A DNA stretch of 59,131 nt, filler included, from Nemertoderma westbladi (Eukaryota; Animalia; Xenacoelomorpha): the NCBI GenBank assembly GCA_032718475.1. It is 3 parts of 3 records of this genome, joined end to end, with 100 filler letters (N's around TTAATTAATTAA, not from the genome) between each part and the next. Parts side by side here need not be neighbours in the genome. Positions count along the whole stretch, not along the records: positions 47,202 to 59,131 come from JAUCBJ010007734.1; 2 more parts are not named here. One strand, written 5' to 3'. Of this stretch, positions 47,102 to 59,131 are shown one piece after another. The translations under genes were made by a program, and so were the position numbers. The notes under the pieces were generated by a model. It did no database searches. It was not told the origin of the DNA and saw only the letters and a list, made by a program, of their open reading frames with translations. Within the stretch, counting starts at the first letter, position 1; every line of letters begins with the position of its first letter.

Positions 47102-47201
47102 NNNNNNNNNNNNNNNNNNNNNNNNNNNNNNNNNNNNNNNNNNNNTTAATTAATTAANNNNNNNNNNNNNNNNNNNNNNNNNNNNNNNNNNNNNNNNNNN
47201 N
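47102..47201. other. Assembly gap with TTAATTAATTAA linker
   Basis: N44-TTAATTAATTAA-N44. Confidence 0.97.
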
Positions 47202-50200
47202 GTCCAACACTAGTAGGTTTAATTATAAGGACATATATCCTTTAACTCATGGAATCACTGCAATTTCGTAATCACTGCTGACACACGGCTTTTAATAACT
47301 GCTGAAACTGCTAAAATTACCTGTTCAATCAATACTGTATACTGCTATTTGTTGTCGGTTATTCATTATATTTGTTGATGAATTATTATATTGGAATAAC
47401 GAGAAATAACCCCGACACCCAATATTCTTGATATACCGAAGGTAAGAGAGAAAGGTTACCAATAACGATTGTGACTTATGTTAAAGTGGTTTGAAGTGAA
47501 TCTAATGTTATTTGATAGACCCTACATGAGTCAGTCTGTGTTCCTTTTATATGTGACTAAAATCAGTGAAGATTGGCAGATTAGTGTGCAGTATTGTGCA
47601 GCATTGTGTACGAGTGAGTCTGTTAAAGAAGCATTTCCTAAAGAATGCGCCATATATGTGAATTATAATTGAGCCATATCGTTGTGAGTAGTTTAAGTCA
47701 TAACTCTGTTTATATAAATAAAGCGCCACGTCCTAAAGGAACTGTTAATATTCCCGAAGGTGAATAATATTGTCAGAGATTATATAATACTGTCAGTCGA
47801 ATAATACATTAGGCTTACATAGCAATAAAATTAAACCGTCGAACCCAATCTCCCGGGAATATCCAGCGGGTGAATGGTCGCGCACAGATTGGTTTCGACT
47901 AGTGTAGTGAATCAAATACTTGTCATAGGCTAAAAAGCGATTTAATATCTAGAAGACATCTTAATTTGGCGGGTTAAACTGCCAAAGGTCTGAAAGCGCG
48001 AACAGACAGTGCAGTAGAATTACCAGGTAGGGGGGGGGGGGGGGGGGGGGGGAAACTGGACGCAATAAAAATTCATCACTCTCCAGGGGAAATTGGACGC
48101 AAATAACAGCTGATTACTCTCAAAAATAAAACTGTAACCTATTCTATTGTGTTTAGTTTATTGTTTTGGTTAAAATAACGTGCCACTGTAACCTGCTCCT
48201 TTCCCTAAATTGAGAATTTAACATTGAGGCGGGTTTTGCGTCCAGTCCCCCCCCCCCCCCTGACTCAGAATTACCCCACCCATTCTTACTACAGCTATGT
48301 AGGCCTACATACAATGACAAACTCATTTAAATTATTCCGAAGTTCAAACTCAACTGCCGCCTTACATACTGTACTACAGTATAACCTACTTAAATAATCT
48401 CTTACAATGCTGGTGTCGGATGGTATGTATCTGCTTCGGCGATGCTGTCTCAAAGTCTCATTTCACCAACAATTTTGCATTTTGATTTGAATTTGATTAT
48501 CATTAGTAATACCAGGCCATGGTAATACAATGGCAGGTTTCAGACTTTTTCCGAATGTTCTGCTGAGTTTGGGTGTACAGTAGGATCAATTCACAAGTGG
48601 GTTGGGCTGGAGGGGGTAAGCCGAAATTTCAGAAATTTGTTATTTTATTTCTTCTAGAGCAAAACTTAATGAGGATTTCCAATCTAAAAACGGCTAAGCG
48701 TGATCTCGAAATATTGATCTGTGAGCCGTTCTGTCCTTCATGAGATAAGATAAACAGACAGATCGAGCACCAGACAGACAGAAAGATAAGATGACCTTGA
48801 AATGCAATTATCTTATCTTTGGACCCAAATTAGTCCCCTAAAAGTCAACAAATTTCAAAAGCTTCCATCAAGCAGAAATTGCAGCTATTTAGAAGAAAAG
48901 ATCCATAATACTTTGAAAGATCCAGAATTATATATTAACACTTTCTGACACAACAAGAATAAATCCAGCTATTTTACACGTCCTATTTCTTGTTTAAGGG
49001 ATTTTTTTAGTTATTATGAAAATAATATGATTTAAAAATAACAAAAGTTCTGCAAACCAAATACAGTACCAACCTATAAAACAAACACTAACGTTCAATC
49101 TAACACAAACAATCACGCCTTTATTGTTAAAGTATCCAAGATTTGATTTAATTTGGTCGTTATTTTTCTCCACTTTGTTCGACTATGGGTTTGACCTTGA
49201 TAATATATGGTTGCATTTAATTATTACCTTTTTGATATCCTTGGGATTCCTATGTAATCATGACAATACTGTGCAGTACTGTAGGCCTGCAGTCACCAGC
49301 AATACTGTGCAGTACGGTCACTATACGCATAGCCTTCGGTGTATTTTACTCGACACCAATATTCGATTATAATAATTTTAATTTATATAGCTGCGGGTTG
49401 ATATCCATGTACAACTAACCGTGAATATATATTTTGTGATGAGTCAGTGTCACACAGGGAATAGGTCCTACGTATGTAATTTCTATCACTTAAACACAAG
49501 AGCAATATATCACCGACGTTTCACGGCCATACCGTACTTCAACACGCCATGATGTAAGGTCAGCAGTAGATTCACATGGCGTATTTAATTATTATTCGCG
49601 ATGCGTAACTATAATGAGATCCGCGTGAAAATGCACCTTAGGTGATAATAATGAGTATCCAACTAGATAATATTTTACTCCTCCACTCCATTTGATTTGA
49701 TAGACTTACTACAAATATAATTTTACAATCATGTTACTCCACTGTTCATGGACGAATATACATGCACATTCTTGGGTATTTATTACAGAAAATGAAAGCT
49801 TGCAAAATGAGTTCAGCAAACCTAAACGTTCCCACGCAAATTCTATTTCACACTTTCGACCTGAGCAGCTTCCCGACAGCTGCATGCCCCCAATATTTTG
49901 GGCCTGGTCGGTAAAAACACGTTTGGATCTGGGAAGTCGGTAAAACACAAATTAAATTGTATAACATACTGTTTGAACAAAAAAAATAAAAAGAAAAACC
50001 AGATTATAAAGAAAACCTGCAGTATGCTTGCTGGTGCTTTTTAAATGAGATGGATTTTCTTTGTTCTTGTAGTTTTTTTTACTGTAAGTTCACATATTAG
50101 GATTGGCATGCAGTATGCATCAGAGTAGTACGTACCAAAAAACATTATCGGTGTAATTGCTGCTACTGATGAAAATCATATTAACAAGAATTCCTAACAA

Positions 50201-50403
50201 AAACATATAACGTTGCCGCTTACTAACCTTCAACCTCAATCACAATAACCAATCGCTATGCTCTCGTTTTTTATTCATGTAAATAACGTTACGTAAAGTT
50301 ATTATTTAAAAATTTCCTTTGCTCGTTCCAATATACCTTATTCTTATCGAAGACCATTACTTTATATTTAATCTCTAATTGTGACATTATATTTCACTAA
50401 GGC

Positions 50404-51848
50404 ACTACTACTAACTACCACGATAGGCATGCTGCATTGCAGCTGCATTATATATATATATTACGAATACTGTGCCAGCTTGTCGATAAAATTGCGCCGC
50501 CACAACTTCCTATCACCCATGTAACTTGTTAGATCATCCATATCTTCAAGGCCAGTGTCCTTTAAGATGCGTCTCAAGAAAGTCATGGGGTGTTCACCAT
50601 GCTTATTCACTCCATGAGGCCGCCAAAACACAAGATTGAACAATGACTGGTCCTCACGAGGAAAGCAATGTCCTGCAAAGCAGAGGCGGTTCCGTTCAAG
50701 TTTCACGTTAGGGGAGACTAACGCAACACCTCAAATGTTGTATAGAGTCTGTTTTGAGATATCCTCTGCAGTTAGAGTCCAGCATTGACTCCCATATAAG
50801 AGTACTAGTACAAGTAAAGCCATAAATAATCGAGCTTTAAGGTTCCGTTTTATTTTATGGGACTTCCAAATCCTGGACAGACTATTTAACGCTGCCAATG
50901 CCTTACCTATCCGAAGGGTTTTCACCTGACTTTCTGATCCATGATCCCAAGTAGCAGAAGTCATCCACGTTCTCAAGCAACCCGTTCTTAGAGCGTATGC
51001 CCTTACGATCAGACATTTCTTGTGGGCTGCCTAGGTTCACTGTCATGATTTTGGACTTCTTTGAGTTTACAAAAAGACCAACATTTGAAGCAACCTGCTC
51101 GAATGAGCAGAGGAGCCTTTGGGCCAACTCTAGTGATTCTGACAGTACCCCTAAGTCATCAGCAAAGTCTATATCAGTAAGATACTTTGCTGGATTTCTT
51201 CTACTTCTTGTGCTAGTAGGGTATGTTACCATCACCCCATCTTTATTAAGATGGTCTAAGGACATGCGAAGAACATAATCAACCACAATTACGAATAAGA
51301 ATGGTGTAAGTGTGTCACCCTGAAGGACTCCCCATAAGACTTCGAATGACTTCGTGTCAACATCAGCAGTAGACACAAACGTGGTGGAACCATCATACAG
51401 TGATCGGATAGCTGCAATAATTTCCTCAGGAATCCCATATGCTGCCAGTATGCTGAACATACGTGGTCGGGAGACTGAGTCGAAGGCTTTAAAGAACTCA
51501 ACAAAGATAATAGCCAGTTGTCTGTCTTTATTTATTGATTTCACTCTTCGATATTCCTTCTTAGTGCCAGAATAGGCTCCATGGTTCCAGGACCTTTGCG
51601 GAACCCATTTTGGTTCCCACGTAACAGTCTCTCAACATGATCTCTGATGCGATTTAATATAATTATGTTGTATAGCTTTGCAGCAATCGAGATTAGCGAG
51701 ATTCCGCGAAAAGATCCACGGGTTGTTAGGTTGCCCTTTTTTGGGGTTCTTGAGGGCCTCTCTTTGTCGATAATATGTCCATAATAATGGGGTGAATGCG
51801 AGCTCCAAACACTCAGGAATTTTAAAGACCTCAGGGGGCACGCCATCT
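50404..51848 (-). mobile_element. Decayed RTE-clade LINE (RT to 3' end with (TAG)n tail)
   Basis: FVEFFKAFDSVSR, GVLQGDTLTPFLF, DIDFADD, DFCYLGS, FAGHCF; same family as 26995-28415. Confidence 0.92.
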
Positions 51849-51869
51849 CTCAGCAAGTCAGAGACAGCA

Positions 51870-52535
51870 AGTCTCTGATCGGATGAGCATAAGCTCAAAA
51901 GATGGTATGCTTGAGCATGTGGATGACTTCTGTTACCTGGGATCATGGATCCGGAAGTCAGGTGAGGACCTTCGAATACGTAAGGGAAAGGCATGGGCAG
52001 CCTTGAATAGGCTTTCCAGGATTTGGAAGTCACCGAGAATTAATCGGAAACTTAAGGTCCGGTTATTTAGAGTAGCAGTAGTTCCAGTACTCCTCTATGG
52101 GAGTCCATGCTGGGCTCTAACTGCTGAGGACACCAAATCTCTGGATGGCACATTCACAAGAATGCTACGCCGGGTTCATTGTGTCAAGTTCAATGCACAC
52201 ATCTCCAACCAGACACTATTGTGTCTCATTGGTTCCCCCAAGCTTGACACTAGAACAAAATCGCCTCCGCTTTGCAGGACATTGCTTTCGCCGTGAGGAC
52301 CAGCCAGTGCATAATCTTGTACTTTGGCGGCCTCATGGAGTGAATAAGCATGGTGGACAGCCTATTGACTTTCTTAAGACGCATCTTAAAGGACACTGGC
52401 CTTGAAGATGCGGATGATCTAGCAAATGTCATGGGTGATAGGGAGTTGTGGCGGTGCAATTTTGTCGATAAGCCGGCACAGCATTCTTAAAAATGCAGCT
52501 GCAATGCAGCATGCCGATCCTAGTAGTAGTAGTAG
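51870..52535 (+). mobile_element. RTE 3' fragment with (TAG)n tail, inverted relative to the adjacent copy
   Basis: DDFCYLGSWI...PVLLYGS..W...RLRFAGHCFRR; ends GCATGCCGATCC(TAG)5. Confidence 0.9.
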
Positions 52536-53529
52536 GGCACGCCATCTACTCCACTGGGCACGCCATCTACTCCAATGGCACTGGCATCCGGTACACAAGT
52601 CTACAAGTGGGTTAGTTCACTCAACTGCTCAATGCTTATCGGTCTGTCGGTTCAATTACACAGTAATTTGCATGTAATATACTGATATACCAGACAGACA
52701 GAAGTCAGTATCGGTACCATACTACCGCTGACCTGTAACTTTTGGTAACTTGTACATTGATAGCGATAGGCCTACCGGTACTATTCGTTTTGTCAGTTTG
52801 TTGGTCATTTCATGGCTTTTGCTAAGGTCTGTACTTTAATTTAAGTCCTACCGTATTAGTGCAGTACTGTACCGGTTCGGTAGCAGGGTAGCCTAAACAA
52901 CACTCACATGCACCCGTCGGAATAGTGGATTCCTCATTGCTGGTACCGGTATTAACTGCAGAAGGTCCCATTCGCTGGCCCCGTGATAACAGCAACTGCA
53001 ACCATTTGGTAATTCTAGCGGCATTACAATTCTCCAGAACAAACTCATCAAGAAAATTTGCGTTACTTTCTAGATACTCTCCTAGGAATGTTTTGAAGAA
53101 GGACCCGTTCTCCAAACAGATGTTAAAAAACATGGTCTTTGTGATAACTAATGCACTGGCGGAATCAATTGTCAACTGCATTTTGTAATTCAGTAATTAT
53201 GTTTATATGTACCGGTTGCCGGTACCGGTATGTACAGATGTTGATTGTAGCAGGCCTATCTCAGTATCTGCCTAGGCCTATATTAGATTCTATTTAGTTT
53301 CTTTGTACTTATGCTATGTATATAAATACCGGTAAATATCTAATCTATAATCGTAATAATGCTGTAAATATTAATTTGTAATTCGAACGGAGTACCTTGA
53401 CCAGGAGCCAAGAGCTCGAAATCGATCGGAAATACAAGCGTTTTCAATAGTGAAGGAGAGAAGTCCCCAGAATATAGTGTCAGTGTCGTAATTCAGTGAC
53501 ACCCCCCCCCCCCCCCCCCCCTAATTTTT

Positions 53530-54719
53530 CTACAAATCTTAATGAGATTGCATGAAATATGAAACAGAGATAGTTTCACCTCCCGACCACTGACTGGGTG
53601 AGCCAGAATTTTTATTTTTGTTTTCAATCTTTAGCTCTGTAGCTACAAGCGTTTAAAAAAAGTGTCTCCAGCGATATTGCAGAAATACACCAGTTACACC
53701 GCAGTTATTCTTCTACCTTATACAGTTATAGCTGTTTTATGGTACCGGTACCGGTACCAATGGAAAGCTGGTCATGGAAGGATTCCAAATACCGGTATGT
53801 AACACAATTTGAATTTCGTTGGAAAATAGCTGAGATATGAGCGTTCAAATGTTGCATGGTTATGCACCTGCGCAAGGCACAAGGCAATTGTATTATATTT
53901 AATATACTGATATATGCATCATCGCATCATAATCTGGAATATTTTGTTTATCCAAGAGAAATACGTAGCTGGGCAACAATGCATTACATCTTTAATCTTA
54001 CTATTACCAGATTATGTAGCTATTCATACATCATACATTTAAAAAATGTTCCAGAATATGGTTTAGGCCTATTTATCAAATAGAACAAATAGCCTCGCGC
54101 CGGTGCAAAAGCATGCATCATTTGAACGCTCATATCTCAGCTATTTTTCAACGAAATTCAAATTGCTGAATTGTGTTACATACTGACATAGGCCTATTTA
54201 TAATCCTTGCATGACCAGCTTTTTCCATTGGTACCAACAAACAGCTATAGGCCTAGGCCTAAGGTAGAAGAATAACTGTGGTGTAACTGGCAGACTGGTG
54301 TAATATCGCTGGAGACACTTTTTTAAACAGTTAAACGCTTGTAGCTAAAGATTGAAAGCAAAAATAAAGGTTATCGTTCATATGCGTACCTCTGGCAGTC
54401 TGGCAAAAGAAGCAGGTTACAGTGGTGGTGTTTTCTAACCAAAACAATAAACTAATCTCCATTACTTAATTAACGGAAAGGAGCAGGTTACAGTGGTGGG
54501 CTTTTCTAACCAAAACAATAAACAATATCTCAATAACATAGGGTATTTCATACTTATATATAGTCTTATTTTTGCAATACGAAAATACCAAAGGTACGCA
54601 TATGGGCATATGAACTACTGAACTATAACTAAAATAAAAATTCTGGCTCACCCAGTCAGCGGTCGGGAGGTGAAACTATCTCTGTTTCAAATCTTATGCA
54701 ATCTCATTAAGATTTGTAG
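53530..54719. mobile_element. Long-inverted-repeat (foldback/MITE) element with a ~260-bp insertion in the right arm
   Basis: 53530-53878 is the reverse complement of 54091-54719 once 54369-54630 (flanked by AAAATAAA on both sides) is removed. Confidence 0.8.
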
Positions 54720-55004
54720 CAGCAGCTTGGTCTAGCTGTCTAGTCAGGTCTAGTGGTGACATTCTGACATTACTGTGCTTCCGATTAGCAGGATATGAGA
54801 ACAAGAATTTGCCACAAAAAATTTCACTCGCGTTTCACGTTTCATTCTGTCATTTACATTTTGTAATGTTAAAATGGCTCTCTAATCATAAATTGACAGA
54901 TTGACTTTGTGTGTTCAAAATAACAATAACACATCAATATACTGTATAATTCAAGTCAATAATACATACAGATACACATAGGCTACAGTCAGGGGTCCTA
55001 CGAA

Positions 55005-55100
55005 TTACCCCAAAATACCCCAAAACACCCCAAAATAGCCCAAAATACTCCAAAATACCCCAAAATAGTCAAATATTACCCCAAAATACCCCAAAAAGGC
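55005..55100. repeat. 10-bp repeat (CCCCAAAATA)n, probably transposon subterminal
   Basis: Follows CAGTCAGGGG (54986), which resembles the TIR start at 55325. Confidence 0.6.
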
Positions 55101-55324
55101 TAAAAAACAGTTAGGAACACAACGCCCGATTTTGTCCTTTTGAACGCCAAAATTTGGCGTCGCCAGGACCAATCTTGCTGCATTTTCCCCATAGACTAAC
55201 ATAGGAAAAAATAAGAATGCTAAGCGCATTTGATACAAAATTGTCGCATTTTAAAATTTATACCACTGAATTCCTTGCAAAATATAATGACATTTCACCT
55301 CGTAAGAAAAAATATTGCTTACGG

Positions 55325-58129
55325 CAGTCAGGGAGATCATCAAATTTGAGAATACCTCAAATTTCAAATTATAGACCCAATTTTGGAATTACCTCAAATT
55401 TAATACAAGGTTAGGTTAATTCTCTAAATTTGAGTTTTACCCCAAATTTGAATTTCATAGTCAGATACAGACATAGGTCATAGTTGGCCTAGTTCAGTAG
55501 TTGTTAGCTTGTTACTGTATTGCAAAGGTAAAAAACTATGAACTGATGTAGGCCTAGTGTCTGAGTGCAGTGAAATATAATATTTAAAACATATTAGTTT
55601 AAAAAGGCTTATTATTATACAGTACTGTTAGCTAAAAGTAAGGGGTATTTAAGTGTTTAAATAAAATTTGGGCCAGTTCGAATAAGAACAGAAGAAGGAA
55701 AGTCAGGATATGAATGGTAGGGTAGGTAGGTATCAGTCAGTCAGTGCTGGCAATACATTAATAGGGCCTCCACAAATTAGCCAATCTGCCAATAGGAAGT
55801 ATAATAAAATAAGAAAAATATGTCAAAGAGGTTAAATATATGAGTTTCTAGTTCTAATGGTCTGATGGCTGGATGGTTATTGCTGTAATGGTCACTGGTA
55901 TGGTGGCCCGAGCTTAAAGAACTTATATTTTTAAATTATTACTTTTTGCTTGAATATGCCCTAAAATCGGGAGAAAAAGTAGTAGACGTACTTTTTTTCC
56001 CTACTGGTAGGGAAAAAGTTGTCCCCTCCCCACCCCATCGCCATCATATTGTAACTTTTTGTTGGGAGATGGGACAGTGACAGCTTATTGCAAAGTCAGC
56101 AATAATATTGAATAATATTGCCACATAATAATGTACCAATTCAGCCATGATATTGTATTGATTTTAGTTTTTCTCCCGATAAAAAAAAGTAAAATAAAAT
56201 ATTGGCAGATTGGCACTTGTGTCAAATAGGGGACCCTCCTAGCTCCTAATCCTGAAATCACCTAAACTGAAGTTCCACTAGTGCCCGGTTTCAGGGTTAG
56301 CAAAGGAGCAATTACAGAAGTGAGTTGAAAGTAACCAAAAAACAATAAACAAGAGTTAGGAATATTGATATCTCCTGCACTAAATTTTGGATTAGCAGTT
56401 GATTTCAGGATTAGCCGATTAGGAAGGTCACCTATTTGATTTGACACAAGTGCCAACATATTTTTGGTGGAATTTCTAAAATTTCATTGAATGTATTGAA
56501 ATAGCATCGCGCATCAGAGTAGAAAAGGTTTGCAGGTAATTTGAGCAAAATTAATCCCTACACACTATTGCAATGCAACTTTAGAGACTGCAAGGTATAC
56601 TCATTTATCTCATATAAAGCCTCGAGAATAGGGTAGTGAAAAAAGTTATACTTTTTGCCCAAGTTATAAATGGTTCTGGTTCCTCATAAGGTCAATTTAA
56701 AAGGATGTATAGTAAATAAACAAACAGTCACATAGATTTCTGGGATATTAAAATAGTCTGGGAGGATGTTGCACATTGTTGTAATGGTGGATCAGGCTGT
56801 ATAGTATAAACAAACAGTCACTTAGATTTCTAAAACATTTCAGATGTCTTGATAAGAAAGCAGAGTCTAAAGACTGTTTAAAAGAATAGCGATTAGTGAT
56901 GATGATGTTTCTACTGTGTTCCAGGTCCATCATGTTCCATATGTTAATGACCCTGATAAAGAAGAGGTGATGTATGGAACATGTAGAGTAGACATGGGCA
57001 GATGGGCGGGGCATGGCCTTTGCTTCATAATTTTATATATATGGCCAGGTCATGATTGCATTGGATGTCTGGCTGGGATATTAAAATAGTCTGCGAGGAT
57101 GTTGCACATTGTTGTAATGGAGGATCAGGTTTAGATCTTTACATATAAGTTTAAAGCACATTATCAAATTGAACTTTAATTGATGTATACTGCAGTAGGT
57201 AGTGGTTCCAACTTTAGAGTCTCCAGTCGTATAGAATAACTAACAAAAGAATCAAGTCCACATATATTGTATAAACCACGTCAACCTTTGCGGCAACATT
57301 TGTCTAGAAATCAGTCCAAGACATCAACAGATCAGAAAGGACTATCAGAGAGGACATCAAAAACAACCAGAAAACATATTTTTTCCGAAGATGTGTGATA
57401 TGAATGATGAACAGAACCGACGAATGCCAATATGCAAACTTCCAAATTCTGGAATTGATTCAACATCTACAAGATATAGTAGGCCTTCCTGATACTGTGA
57501 CTGTGCAGCTGTGTGAGCTTGAATCTCGCAACAGTGAGGATTTGGTCTACTTTTCTTCTTACCAACAGTAAGGCTGTAAGGATAGCGAATTTCTCTAGTC
57601 TTCTGCATTTTTATCACCAATCACTAATGGAGTTAACAATCATTAAAGTTATTGACTGTAAGTTGCTGTGCTGTTAGGTTAAGCCTACCCTGCGCCTGCA
57701 TACATGTCATGTCACACAGGTTACACTGCTGCACTGGTCACCCATTCTCACCAAGCTCTATAAGCACTAAGCAGCAAAGCCTACTGCTACACCCTACTGC
57801 TGGCAGGCTGGTGATGTTGTAAAGACTGGCAAAATTTGAGGTTTTGTCTCAAATTTGAGGTTTAACCTCAAATTTCAATTTTCGCCCCCAATAAAAGCAT
57901 GTTTGCATCGGTGAAATATTTTATTGCATCGATAAAAGTTCTTATTTTACATTATATTTTAACATATTAAAAGTAGAAGTTGCTCCAACAGTTTCCCTAA
58001 GTCGCAGCAACACTCGATATTATGAGCCTAAAAATACCTCAAATTTGAACAAAAAACCCCAATATTCGACAGTCTATTACCAGAATTCGAAATTTGGGGT
58101 AACCCCAAAATTGATGATCTCCCTGACTG
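55325..58129. mobile_element. Non-autonomous DNA transposon, 19-bp TIR, 5-bp TSD (hAT5-like by TSD length)
   Basis: CAGTCAGGGAGATCATCAA / TTGATGATCTCCCTGACTG; TSD TACGG (55320-55324, 58130-58134); CTCAAATTTGAG subterminal repeats at both ends. Confidence 0.85.
56800..57600 (-). mobile_element. Highly decayed CR1/L2-like LINE 3' remnant inside the DNA element
   Basis: Minus-strand peptides FFIRVINIWN and RLETLKLEPL...LIMCFKLI resemble CR1/L2 C-terminal motifs. Confidence 0.5.
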
Positions 58130-59131
58130 TACGGAATAAAAAGTTATCTCACTTTTGAAATATTATCAGAATTAGGCGTAATGGAACGCCAAATTATGTC
58201 CACAGAAAAAGGAACGCCAGATTATGTCCTTGGGGTGTTTATTGATTGACAGTCAGACAGTAGGTATCCTGTGCTGAGCGCTGTCAGGCTGTAATAGGTG
58301 CGAGACTGATCTAGGCTAATTATAAAGGGATGGCTTGCCTATGGCTGGGTTGACTGTTTGTAAGGTATAGCTTACTGGTGACTGGCGCCCAATGTCTGGG
58401 GCAGGTTAATGAATATAGGGCAGATGTGACCTGGCTTTTCTTTCACACCTACAGACTGGGGTATTATGTATATGCAGGTCTGCAGGTGTGTGCTGTGCTT
58501 GTATTACAGTATTATTACATCAATAGATGTTGGTTTGACTATGTGCCTGTGCTGTGTGCCATGTATCTTTGGCCAGATAGTATAATGTTTTCCGTTTTTA
58601 TTCAGTTTATTTTGTTTGACCATTTTAATGTATAATGTCATAAATTTTAAATTATATTTTGTGACTACAGTGGCCCACAGCGGCCATACCAGCATAAGTA
58701 AAAACGTTAATTGCATGACTTCCATTAAAGTATTTACGCGGATTTCTGCAACAATCGTGTAAATAAAATAAATTAATAGCTGATTAATACATTTGGGCAG
58801 CTTTGAATTGAAGTACACCTTCCTGCCTTCTTATTGAGACCTATATAAATAAAATACGGTAATAAATTAATTAACTTAATTATTGTGAATTCATTCACAA
58901 TAATTAACTTAATTAATATAATATAAGTTAATTAATTAATTATTGAGTAATTACATATTCCCGGATATAACAGAATAAGTTGTGCTCGTTGTGCTGTTGT
59001 GCTCGTGCTTCATCCTTCATGTAGGCCTACATCAGAGCTAAAAAGTCTATGCCGGTAAAATGTAAAATAACGAGCTAAGCTCAACCACCTGCCTCCTGCA
59101 CTGGATACATACATACATAGCCTCATTAGTC

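Noticed and set aside
52822-53188. 119-aa minus-strand and 87-aa plus-strand ORFs as a gene or GPCR exon
   Set aside because: No recognisable motif, TM pattern or convincing splice sites.

Overview
AT-rich, repeat-dense animal (probably invertebrate) genomic DNA with spliceosomal genes; nothing prokaryotic. On the + strand are: an intronless PRMT7 (1609/1684-3915); nine phase-compatible GT-AG exons of MEGF8 (5123-24323; its 5' exons are not in the window and the last ~2030 codons form one 6.1-kb exon); and the first coding exon of a muscarinic/aminergic class A GPCR (44770-45146). The rest is minisatellites, non-autonomous DNA transposons (two with exact TIRs and TSDs), a solo LTR, RTE and CR1/L2 LINE remnants, tRNA-derived elements and two 100-nt scaffold gaps. 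The most unusual signals are: tandem amplification of MEGF8 RNA-processing signals (a splice donor repeated ~108 times, an AG-free array ending at a branch site, a dead duplicate of another donor, a duplicated stop region); PRMT7 apparently nested on the same strand in a MEGF8 intron; two RTE pairs fused head-to-head; and TA-xxxx-TA footprint-like insertions. All of this was read by eye, and homology statements rest on recalled family sequences, not on searches.
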